From Selaginella moellendorffii (Eukaryota; Plantae; Lycopodiophyta), in contig NW_003314291.1 of NCBI RefSeq assembly GCF_000143415.4, forward strand, positions 1,763,099 through 1,827,098: a stretch of 64,000 bases of DNA, written 5' to 3'. The position numbers were made by a program, and so were the translations under genes. Under the pieces are notes generated by a model. It searched no databases and was not told where the DNA came from. It worked only from the letters and a program-made list of their open reading frames with translations. The stretch's first letter is position 1; each line of letters starts with the position of its first letter. Shown piece after piece: positions 53,401 to 64,000 of this stretch.

Positions 53401-54356
53401 AGATCGTTGTGAATATTCAGACACGAGGACTGAAAAGCGCACTGGTGGCGCGTTGAAGAAGGACAAACAGACAAGCAATAGGAAAAAAGGAGGTACAAAT
53501 TATATTTGCAATGGCGTGTGGTCTCATGCCATTCCTTGCAGGAGACACTTCTTCAAAGGCAAAACAGGCAAGCACCAGCCAAGCTCAAACTGACAGTGGT
53601 CATAAAAAGCGAAAGCACGTTGGACAGTCGTCGGGATCAGAGGCGTTTGATTCGAAAAGGAAGAAGGGCAACGAAAAGATGATAGGTAATGCCTCGCGGT
53701 TATGGCGTGTGTGCTCATGCCATTCATTGCAGATCAAGGGCTGAGTGAAAGGAGCCAGTCACCACCTTTTGACTCAGATTCCTATGGCGGACTCCCCTTC
53801 CCCAATCTCAATGGAGAGGTACAATGGATGAGGGATGCTTTTCAAGTCAGGGCCACGTTTTTCTCATCTCGTCATCTTCGAAGGGTGCAAGAACGTGCAG
53901 AAACCATGTTAAGACAGTCGGGTGAGGATACGGTCCTAGGTCACGCACTAAAACAGGCTATGGATGTCTTGTATTTTGAGATGGAGACTCGGCCAGATGA
54001 TTTTTCCAAGATGTTCCTGGAAAAACAAGCAATCCAGCCTGAGCAGCCTATGGAAGAAATGCAAGAGGGGGATGAGGAGCCAGAGAAAGATAATGAGCAG
54101 GAAGAGCAGAAGGACGAAGAGGAGGACGAAGAAGAGGAGGACGAAGAAGAGGAGGACGAAGAGGACTTGGATGGTCCTCACAATGGTGACGATCACAATA
54201 ACGACGATGACGATGATGACGATGATGGCCAGCCTGAGGTGGCCAAAGAGCAGCGGAGGAAGGTCATACAAGACAAACCATCAGGTAAATAATAGTACAT
54301 CCATTCCTAACCTTTTACCATTTCTAACATTGTCCATGTAGGTCGCAGAAGAAATG
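50456..54356 (+). CDS. Transposon accessory protein >1100 aa: ParB/DGQHR-like domain, degenerate DNA N6/N4-methyltransferase-like domain, basic linker and acidic tail; 3' end uncertain near the gap
   Basis: Frame-consistent splicing: ATG 50456-58, then exons 50698-51876, 51931-53239, 53290-53364, 53421-53492, 53542-53685, 53733-54284. Motifs YNHRLVSDEWVEKLKQKM...FYAVSGQHSSLAM and IFCVMDFT...KKAP..MLSWVF...KCVVEYNCGGLFFRAALLKGVPCVAV; D/E tract at ~54050-54225. Confidence 0.75.
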
Positions 54357-54691
54357 GTAAGTAGAGATTATTCAGTTGAATTAAGATACAAACTCTAGCC
54401 TTTAGTGTCGAGGAAGGATAGTGCCAAGCAANNNNNNNNNNNNNNNNNNNNNNNNNNNNNNNNNNNNNNNNNNNNNNNNNNNNNNNNNNNNNNNNNNNNN
54501 NNNNNNNNNNNNNNNNNNNNNNNNNNNNNNNGCCAGTGACAACAGTTGGAAAGAACGTTTGAGAAGTGATTGAGTAGACATTTCCTTGTTTAAAATAAAA
54601 TGGCATGTGCCTCAATGCAGTTGAATTTTGTTATATTTATATACTATATAAAGGTTTGGAAACCTTATTTTACAAGTGGGATAATGACAAT

Positions 54692-54715
54692 TCCCACTTT
54701 AACGAAATAGAGCTT
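54692..54715 (-). repeat. Right terminal inverted repeat
   Basis: tcccactttaacgaaatagagctt, followed by attt. Confidence 0.9.
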
Positions 54716-56089
54716 ATTTCTCTTAGCCATTATTTTTGAAAGTTTCATTGGATTCCATGGTGAGAAACAGCTTGACAGTCTTGGAGGCCTTTTTTTGAGG
54801 ACCCAACTCATAACAGAACAGGACCAATACTTTCTCTAGGTGATTCATTCATTCATATGGCACAAAGAGCCACTTTGGGATTGAGTTGGAGTAACTCCAG
54901 AGGTGTGACTTGTCACACAACTTCCCTTGCTGACTCATTGTTCATTGCCGGGTCACATCATCTCCAAAGCCTCACCTTCTGTCACCTTGTTTTTGGTGGC
55001 TATAACTTGGATATGTCCTCACTGCTCCTCTCGATGGCATTTTTCTGGACCCAACCTGCAGCGTTGCTGGTTCCAACAGAGACCTCTCTAGGATTGGATA
55101 ATGCCTCCTAGGTTTCCAATGCTTCTCCCGCTGAGTAGCAGGCTTCCAGATTGAATGAGCAGTAAAACTTGTTTAGAACTTCCTACCATTACTCAACCCT
55201 GAGATACTCTTTGATCCTGGGAGCTTCCATGACCACATACTTCTTCCCCAAAGAAAAGAATGATGTGAAAGTAGGGCTTTGCAAAGGAACTCAACTGTGG
55301 AAGCATTGAGAGGATAAAAACCAGAACCTCATGGCTAAATCTGCATGGTATCATTAGATACCAGGAATCTAAGCAGTAAGAAAGCTAGGAATGCAGCTAG
55401 GAGCATGAATGCTGGGCTAAAGAACCTGTTTCAAATGGCAGGTTCGTGCTTGAGGTTGAGCACTTGCCATGTGGTCATGTTCTCAATGGGGAAGAACATG
55501 GTCATGCTGTTGTCATTCATGCTTTTCTCTAACTGTCAAAAATATTTTCTACAGTAAGAAGCCTGATACTTTTGGCAGTATGGCACAGACTGATTGTGCT
55601 CCATAGAAGGTGCAAGTCCTCCATCCAGGCAAAACTTCCTTAAGGATCCAGGGCTATTGGAATTGTGTACTAGGTTTCTTTCTTTTCTTTGCCAAACTGG
55701 CCTCACCAAAAACTCTAAAGCTATTTTTTATGTGAAGCCCAGCAAATGTCTAGATAAGGAAAGAGAGGTGGGGGAAAGGTATATTTAGCCTGCAAGCACA
55801 GCTATTACATTTTTATGTAGGAACTAAACCAAGATCCTAAAGTCGACCATCACATCCATCAGGCAAGCCTTACAATTGCAGAGCTTGAGAAGTGTTTCTA
55901 GATTGTTTTTAGTGTTTGAATCTATAATTATATTTGTATTTTATTAGTCAAATTTACTTGGAAATATAGATTAAATCAAAATTTGAAAAATGAAAAGATG
56001 TTGGTTCAAGATGAACCAATGTTTTCCTTGTGTTTAAGAAGTCGTGAGCTCATGAGCTCAAAACCTACCTTGGAGCACCACCACATCCA

Positions 56090-56543
56090 CTTTCGAGTGC
56101 CTCAACACACTCATGTATGGTATCCATCATGCCATGTATCTTGTTTTGCATCTCTTGCTGATTTCGATTAAGGGCTCACAGCTCATAAACAACATTTTGA
56201 ATGGTCCAAACCTCTGTAGCTCCATTGGCACCATTATCAGCACCACCATTGACAATAAAATTCTAGCATTCAAATTGGTCAGTCATCATAACCAACTCCT
56301 CTGATACCAATGTTATGATCCAGGGTAAAAAAAACAAAGATCTAGTCTTCTTAGAGTATGTTATGCCTCCTTTTGAGGTTCCTCACCACCCAACCACCCC
56401 TGAGCTACCTCAAAAGCTCCACTGTATTGTCGCTCCACTATGAGCCCTAAGGTAGGTTAAGTTCCTTCCCTAACATGCCTTAATGTACCCTTGAGCTTCC
56501 CTTTGATTGACATTGACCATGTGGTCAAAGCTGGTGCCTAACA
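56090..56543 (-). mobile_element. Truncated second copy of the 27848-32792 Gypsy family (5' LTR, PBS and start of gag)
   Basis: LTR 56311-56543 (tgttatgatc...cctaaca) with adjacent ctctgatacca and sequence matching ~32340-32559. Confidence 0.9.
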
Positions 56544-57085
56544 GCAACTCAGTAGGAGGTCAGAATGGTCAAAGAAAAATTGATGCATGGATGATGAGAT
56601 CAGAAAGGTCAAAGAAAAATTGAAAGAGGAACTAGTGTTGCGTGTGACAAATATAGATTCAAAGCCTGGCGCTCTGACCAAGAAGTTCTCTGGCACAGAT
56701 GACAGAGAAATACTCGAGGCAATTGCATCACACTGAGTTTCAAGTTTAATAGATTCATATTGTGCCCATCTGAATTCGTTTGTAAAATTCCTGGACTACA
56801 CTTTCCTTGAGACAAATGAGAAACAGTAAGTGTATTTTCCTTTTGATAAAGAATTTTAAACACCAAAATATTCTGTAAGTCATTGATTGTTTCGGATGCA
56901 TGCTTCCTGGATGGTGGAGTATGGAAGCACACACACACAAACCCTATCCTTCAAGATATGAAAGTGGTAAATTCGTTTCTTGGTTTTTATTCTAAAAAAC
57001 TGCTACAATTGAACTTTCCAATGACAAAAACGAGCTCAGGAGTCCATGGAAAAGGTATTTTCAAGTCTAAACCAGTTTATTCAGA

Positions 57086-58396
57086 TTGTTCCCTTTGATA
57101 GAGGAAGAGACCTCAAAAAAGGCTGCCATAAAAGAGGTGTATATCAAAGAAATCAGTGACCACTCTTACAGGTGGTCCTTCCATGCAAGAGTCACACACA
57201 AGAACAAGCTGATACATTTCAACACGAAAATATCTGGATGCATAATGTCATTCGACATTGTCTACATCCAGGGAACAGAGATCAGAATTATTGGTTCCAA
57301 CAATTGTGCCTTGGCTTTGTCAGATAAGATTGTACAGGGTACAGTGTATTCATTTTCTGGTAGTGGTGGAATACAACATTCCAATCAGGCATACACTCCA
57401 TTTGAAGCAACATGGGAGATTCAGGCTAAGAAAGGTATGGAGTTTACAGCCCTGGATGAGGATGCAACATTCCCAAGAATCATCCTGGCAAAAACAAGCA
57501 TCTTAGATGTGTGTCAGAAGGAAAGGGACTCTTTTGTCAATGTGGTTGGTATTGTAATATGGATCCGTACAATTACTGTAACATCTCATGAGAGTGGATC
57601 TTTTGTGAAGAGAACATTGTGTCTAGGTGATGATTTGGGCCATAGTGTTGATCTATGTCTGTGGGATTTAAAAGAAGAAGAAGAGGGGCTCATATATACA
57701 GGAGCAGATAGAGAGTGGAGTTCAGCCAATAATATGTGTCAAGGGCGGAAAGGTACCAGACTACAGTGGTAAATCACTTTCAGTAATTGGTGTGAGCACC
57801 ATTCTTATTGAACCGGAAACGGAAGCAGTGGCTGATTTGAGAGAATGGATGACATTGTACTACAATGTCACTAACTTCATACATTTGAGCACTTCATCAT
57901 CAAGACAGATTGTGAGCTCCACCACTACTTTATCAGAGATATCAAACATGCAGCTAAAGGTGTTAGAAAGCTTCTTATTTATAGAATGATAGCTACTGTG
58001 AAGGAAATGAAGATGGATGAGTTTTATTATAGTGCATGCATCAATGTCGTAAATGCACAGCAATGTGGCAAAAAAACTACCCAAACAGTAGATGGCTAGT
58101 TCTGTAGTTATTGCAATATTAAGGCTGCCAATGTGGAGTTCAAGTATGCTCTAAAGATGTGCATCAAGGATAGCGGCAGTCGTGTGTGGGCCATTGTATT
58201 TCAAGAGGCTGCACTGGAAATAGTGGGAATGCCAGCAAAGGAACTAGCTACAATACAAGATGAGACCTATCCTGCATTCTCACTACATATCGATGGTATC
58301 CACTCGAAGATTTACAATTTCAAAATCCGGAGCAAGCTTGAAAAATACCAAGACATGGAGAAGCTCAGGTTCTATATACTCAGACTTGACACCTAA
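57086..58396 (+). pseudogene. RPA1 (RPA70)-like OB-fold gene remnant, possibly Helitron-borne
   Basis: RWSFHARVTHK (DBD-A), VNVVGIV...KRTLCLGDDLGHSVDLCLW (DBD-B), Zn-finger cysteines and KYALKMCIKDSGSRVWAIVFQEAALEIVGMPAKEL (DBD-C); frameshift and stops. Confidence 0.75.
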
Positions 58397-58912
58397 GGTA
58401 TGCAGATTCCATTCTAATATTTTACATGTTGTTGATATATTTATCTGTGTTTTGTTTTGTAGTTACATGGAACTTGCTAAAAAAAAAATTAAAGCACACC
58501 TCCTAGCAAACATCAGCTCTATTTGATGGTTATCTGTAGCAAGATAGAAATAGAAATGATAGCAAAAAAAAAATGTTAGAGAGCTCTTCCAGAATTTGCA
58601 AAGGGATTTGATTTTGAGCTTCTCACATTTTCAAAATCTATGAGGAAAAAAGAAATTTAATACAAAGTTAGAAGTGCACAAAGATTTTTCTACTACTCCC
58701 CGTGAACAATAGCACATAATTCTCAAGTGGACAATAAAGGACAAATGCATCAATAGTATCAGAATTCAGCATGTTATGATGTACAAACACATAGTCCACC
58801 AGTAAATACAGTCATTTATACTTCGACACACATCGCTTGCAGATGCAAAACTAGCCATTCACTACCAAAAATCCCATTAACATGCCATCCCATTAACTGC
58901 TCTTACCTCCGA

Positions 58913-59499
58913 AATGCCCAAATAATATACCAAATTGAGGAATATGATTAAGCCACCTCATCATGTGTTGAATAATCCTTTTAAGCTTTGATTCCAAGCT
59001 TGTATTCTATTCTAGTAAACCGTTTAAAAAATAGTGTTTAGTTGCAATCACAAAGGAAGCAAAAAATAAACAAACCAAATGATTGTTACATATTGAAGAG
59101 CTTAAGTGAGTTTTTAATAAATTGTTCTTTTTTTAGGATTAGCATCTAACTATCCCAGTGGAGCTGGGTTCCCTGTTAGTATATATTTAAAAGAGCAAGG
59201 ACCCTATATTCCAATCTAGATTTGCATATAATAAGAACTAGCAGGGAACCCAGCTCCGCTGGGATAGTTAGATGTTAATTCTAAAAAGAGAACAATTTAT
59301 TAAAACTTGCTTAAGTTCAATATATAACAAGCACTTGGTTTATTTAGTTTTTACTTAGTGATTGCAACCAAACACTATTTCTTAAATGGTTTACTGGAAT
59401 AGAATAATACAACCTGGACTCAAAGCTTAAAAGAATTATTCAACACATGAAGAGGTGGCTTAATCATAGGCCTCGAATTTGGTATATTATTTGGGCATT
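58913..59499. repeat. Long foldback inverted repeat (MITE/hairpin-like)
   Basis: Arms 58913-59180 and 59237-59499 (aatgcccaaataatataccaaatt ... aatttggtatattatttgggcatt); ~56-nt loop. Confidence 0.9.
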
Positions 59500-60049
59500 C
59501 TAGATCACCTTCTATAAGCTCATTGGGGTTGAGCAATAGACTACTAAGCATTTTCCATCTCAAGGCATTTTTAATTTATGCCCATGTGAATAAGGAGTAG
59601 TTCCCTTAGGGTGGGGTTCCATGCTCCACCCACCTGGAAATTTCTCCTCACCCCACAACTTTCCCCTCCTTTTTTTTTAATGGTTACATTACATGTAACC
59701 CTCTTTTTTATATGCCACATAAGGCTACACATTAGCTTCTTTTTTTCCACATCATAATGGATTAGGGTGCCATTTTTTTTTACCCTAAATTGAGTGCATA
59801 GCATGCCATAGCTTGGCAATTCTTCCTTGGCAATCATTTCCCATGTTGTAGAGATTGTGATGAGGTACTTAAATTTGGTAGAGTTGTTCTTTCTGGAGGA
59901 GGACATGATCTTAATTCCAGTTTCAAGAAAGCTTTTGTTCATTCGAATGGTGGAGGAAGCGATTGTTATAGTGCTTTCTATGCCATGTCCTACTGCAACT
60001 TCATTTATTGAAAGAGTGATAACTAAAAAGGAGCTCCTAAGGCATTGAT

Positions 60050-60990
60050 TAGTGTGGATTACATCAAGCCAAGAAGTCTCCACTAGTGGTATCAAACAGA
60101 GCTTTAGGTTCTCCATATAAATCCACAAAGATTTAGAGAAGTTTTTTAATATCTACATTCACTTTTCTTTGTGACGAGCTTGCTCCAAAATTGGCTAGGA
60201 GGCCTCCTCTAGATTTGGTAGAAATACCAAAGTAGCACTTAGCTATTTCAAAGCAAGTAGCTATTGCTTTGAAACGCTTGGCATTCGGGGATATATGACA
60301 AATAATTGGTGATGCATTTAGAGTGGCTTTATGCACTCAAGCTTGTTTATGTTGATTCAGGTATTCATTGCTTGAGCATGAAGGACTAATGATCCATTGG
60401 CAGATGAGGAGGGAATAAATGAAGTTATAACATGATTTTAGAGATTGCATGGATTCCCAAATTGTTGTGGTGCAATGGATTGCACTCATATGGCAATCAA
60501 GCTCCTAGGTTCAGAGGATGCAATAGATTGGTATGCTAGGGCAAAAAAGTACTACTCAATGGTAGTTCAAGTTGTGGTAGACAGTAAGACTTCATTCCCT
60601 TACATAACAATAGGGATAGTAGGTAGTGCTCCAGATAAAGTTCAGAATTCTAGTGGTTTGAAGAAGGCATAGATAGAGAAGAAGTGTTTATGTGGTCCAA
60701 TGTACCACACAGTGTTTGGGGACATTCCATTGTATATCATTGCTGACATAGGATAAGAGTGTGCTTTATTGGTTTTGGTTTTATATCCAAACAAGTTTCA
60801 TGGCAAAGAGCAATACAACTTTCTTCATTCTTCTATGAGGATTGTTGTCAAGCAATCTTTTGGAATTTTAAAGAGGCAATGGAAATTGCTTGGTTAGAAG
60901 GGATTTAGAGGACATCTAGGCATCCTTGTGAACAACATCATGTCTTGCTATGTGCTGCATACCTTGATGATCACAAGGAATGACAGGTTC
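60050..60990 (+). pseudogene. Degenerate PIF/Harbinger transposase
   Basis: FTFLCDELAPKL, KQVAIALKRLA, GFPNCCGAMDCTHM, YYSMVVQVVVD, YIIAD.G, YNFLHSS.RIVVKQSFGILKRQWK. Confidence 0.85.
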
Positions 60991-61048
60991 ACAGAAAATT
61001 TTGACCCTAATAGATCTAACTACAATGCAGACTACCTTCCACAGATTT

Positions 61049-61699
61049 TATTGTGAGAATGAAGTGGTTAGTTATATGGATCTCCAAAAAGTTTTAATGC
61101 CACATTAAACTCTCAAGGGCATTCATGTGTAAGCTAAACACAGTGGACATCCTTATTTAATGCAAATAGTGCATTCAATCTATTTAACTCCTTGATAGTC
61201 TGCAAGAATAATGACATATATTTATTCAATGACAACTAATGGTGTGTTAATTTGTCGTAGCTATTGAAATAATTTATCATGGGAAACTGTGTTGACTAAG
61301 TTTTATATATCAAGACAATCCCCTATACCATATTTTTGAATTGTCCATGAAGTTGTGAGTTTCATTGCTACAGCTATCATTTGTCATTCTGTTTTTTTAA
61401 ATGCTATTAGAATAGGGAGGGATTCCTTTGACTTCAAAAAGTGCTAGCTAAGTTGGTACTTGAACTTATATAAAACACCTGTTGTTATAGGATAAAATGT
61501 GATGAGCACATAGTGCATTAGGAAGTCATTATTTGTTACTGAATATTTGTTTCATTCCTCTCTAAGAAGGAACACTTGTCCCATCAACTACACCCTTTTA
61601 CTCTTTATAGTTGCAAATCTAAAAGAATGCCCTCTTGTGCCAATGATTCCTTCTTCCAATTAATACATCATTTTAGCAACACACTTGTGAGATATGTTT
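61049..61699 (+). repeat. ~650-bp dispersed repeat, copy 2
   Basis: Direct repeat of 26354-27011. Confidence 0.85.
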
Positions 61700-63504
61700 A
61701 CCCTCTATCATAGGTTCACTTTAGTAAAAAAGAATACCTTTCCAAAGTAGTTTATCAACTATTAAGCTTAATTCCAGCAAGTAAAGCCAAATTGAAAAAC
61801 TGTTACCAAGAATATATATTTTCAAATAGGGGCTAGATTAAAGTAAAGTAAGGGAACTTCATATGAGAAAAATATCCTTGAGAAAATTAAAAAAAACTGT
61901 AAGTATTTGAGTTTTGATTTCTTATTTACCCATCACTCAAGTTAGTGACATGACTTCCTAGATGCCCAAAGTTAGATAACTTTTGAAAACCCTATCATGC
62001 AAATATGTTAGCCTAGTAAATCCTATGGGACTTTCTTGTNNNNNNNNNNNNNNNNNNNNNNNNNNNNNNNNNNNNNNNNNNNNNNNNNNNNNNNNNNNNN
62101 NNNNNNNNNNNNNNNNNNNNNNNNNNNNNNNNNNNNNNNGTCAAACAGTAGGAACATCAAAAATACACTTCAAGAATGAGACTTCTTCAAAAGAGAATAT
62201 AATTTTTACTACAACTTACTAATGATGCATCCAAGCTAATAATTTGAAACATATGTTATTCCTTTTTATTCACTATTTTAGGTTTGTGTTTTATATAGGT
62301 TTTTTTATTAAAAGTGACTAATTTATTTTCATGAAAGATTAAAACAATAATTACATCTATCCATAAATTAAATTATTATAAGCATGTAGCTTAATTTATA
62401 GTTGTAATCCATAATATAAAATTGTAAGTTTAAAGCTGATTAATTTAACTTTTAAATCACTTGTAAAAATTTTATTAGAAATATTAAATAAAGCTAAATA
62501 ATGTTATGCAGAAGATAAAAAATATTGTTTTTTATTCTTTGAATTTACTCTCACTGACAATTCACCTAAAATTATAATTATTTTTTTATTTCTTAAATAT
62601 TTATTTCCAGATATGACTATTTGCTTTTAGTTTGATTTGTTTATTGATTTAGTATAAATAAAGATTGTTTAATGTACTCTTAAATATCTCTTATTTCTTT
62701 TCAAATGTTCTTATGAATATTTTTAATATAATATAATTTTTATCAAACTCATTAGTATAATGTTATAATTTATAATTTTATATTATTCTTTCAGCTAATT
62801 ATTTTAAATCTTCATATAACTGGGATATATTCAAGAAATGGATTTGATCTTTCAATATGTATGAGATAGCTTATACCATATTAGATACCATATTATTAAT
62901 GAGACATGAATGCATAATTTTATTATAAAGCATTAGTACAGGTTTGTTTTAAAACTTTACATGAGCTTTATGTTTTGTTTCAATTTTGTATTATATCAAT
63001 CATATCTAAGCATAGGGAAAATATCGTGTTAGTTCAAATGGTAAATTAAGTATTTTATAAAAAACGTTAATGGTCTCGAAATAGAGTAAAATTATATGTC
63101 ACATTTGTGAGAAAAATACAACTCAGCCTGTAAAGATAGAAAATCTATTTTATTAAATATTTATATTAGATATTCTTTAAAAAATATTAATACATGTGTA
63201 AAACCTTTCTAACCAAAATATAAGTTACTAATAGATCAAGAGTATGTAACACATTTTGTAAGTTATAATATATAAGATAAATACTACAAAAGTTAAATGA
63301 TGAAGAGAAAAAATATTTAAGAAAAGAAAAAATTAGAATAAGAAGAAAGAAATTTAATAGAAATAAAATTTTAAATATTAAAAAGACTGGTCTATACGAA
63401 ATTCTCATGAAAAGTGATCTAGGTTAAAAATTAGTAGAGCAACTCTAAAATTAAATATCTAGATTGTAACCCTTAAAGTTGAAAATTATAAACTATAGTT
63501 CATT

Positions 63505-63612
63505 AGGATTATATTTAGTTAATATCATGCTAGAAGTTATAATTTCAAAATTTCTAAGGATTATATTTAGGTAATATCATGCTAGAAGTTATAATTTCAA
63601 AATTTCTAAGGA
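63505..63612. repeat. 52-bp tandem duplication in an extremely AT-rich tract
   Basis: aggattatatttag(t/g)taatatcatgctagaagttataatttcaaaatttcta x2. Confidence 0.85.
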
Positions 63613-64000
63613 ACTTTGAAAGTTTAAGAAAAATTCTGCAAGATTGTCTATTACTGAAGGATTTTAAATCATATATATCTAAATAGCTAAAAAATTTAAA
63701 TATAAAAATTACTATTAGATTATTCAAAAATGCTTACTATTCAGCAATTATCTAAAGGAGAAAATTATTATAAACAAACTTAGATTATAAGAAATATTAA
63801 AAACTTTATTAGAAACTTACATCTAGCACATTCATATTTATTTAATCATATTTTTTATTTTTATTACTATATTTAAAATAATATAATAATATTCTCAAAA
63901 TATATTAAAATTGAAGTAAAATTTTAATTTTATTTTATTTTAAAATAATATGTGTTGTTGTTTCAACATTATCATTTGGAATAAAGTTTTAAATTCTTCA

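Larger units (their letters stand above)
36207..54620. repeat. Dispersed 22-bp palindrome ATGGCRTGWGGCCWCAYGCCAT, ~20 near-full copies plus partial copies
   Basis: Starts at 36207, 36523, 36612, 38435, 38492, 47574, 47644, 47742, 48465, 49329, 49408, 49567, 49702, 50484, 50561, 50621, 51898, 53370, 53511, 53702. Partial copies near 37020, 48360, 48396, 54600. None seen inside the nested LTR element. Confidence 0.9.
35981..54715. mobile_element. Large Sola1-like DNA transposon with two divergent genes, interrupted by a nested LTR element; spans a 100-N gap
   Basis: Perfect 24-bp TIR AAGCTCTATTTCGTTAAAGTGGGA (35981-36004; reverse complement at 54692-54715). 4-bp TSD ATTT (35977-35980 and 54716-54719), matching the AWWT preference of Sola1. 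Encodes a DDD transposase. Confidence 0.85.

Noticed and set aside
36207-54620. Palindromic repeats read as a CRISPR array
   Set aside because: Spacing is irregular (tens to thousands of bp), copies are degenerate, there are no cas genes, and the context is eukaryotic and intronic.
59571-60128. 185-aa minus-strand ORF
   Set aside because: No domain; antisense to the 5' part of the Harbinger remnant.
62140-64000. Organellar insertion or gene in the AT-rich tail
   Set aside because: Low-complexity AT-rich DNA with no recognisable coding or RNA gene signal.

Overview
Eukaryotic nuclear DNA from a land plant with flagellated sperm. The ~50-60 nt introns and very short intergenic spacers are consistent with a compact genome such as Selaginella (inference). 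1-16 kb is a dense gene block: last exon of a mitochondrial-type acyl carrier protein, IFT122, an LRRIQ1-like LRR/IQ gene, a CFAP96-like gene and GEX2. From 16 kb on it is a nested transposon field: hAT, Gypsy, MULE-SWIM, Harbinger and RPA1-like remnants. The highlight is an apparently complete 18.7-kb DNA transposon (35981-54715; perfect 24-bp TIRs, ATTT target-site duplication; ~11.5 kb once a nested 7.2-kb LTR element is removed). It carries a ~1030-aa Sola1-like DDD transposase and a divergent >1100-aa spliced gene with a ParB/DGQHR-like domain, a degenerate N6/N4 DNA-methyltransferase-like domain and an acidic tail. About 20 copies of a 22-bp palindrome (ATGGCRTGWGGCCWCAYGCCAT) are scattered through the element, notably in introns of the second gene. 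I infer a transposon-encoded sequence-specific protein/operator system, parS-like or analogous to VANC anti-silencing. All domain calls are by eye from motifs and need profile or structure searches.
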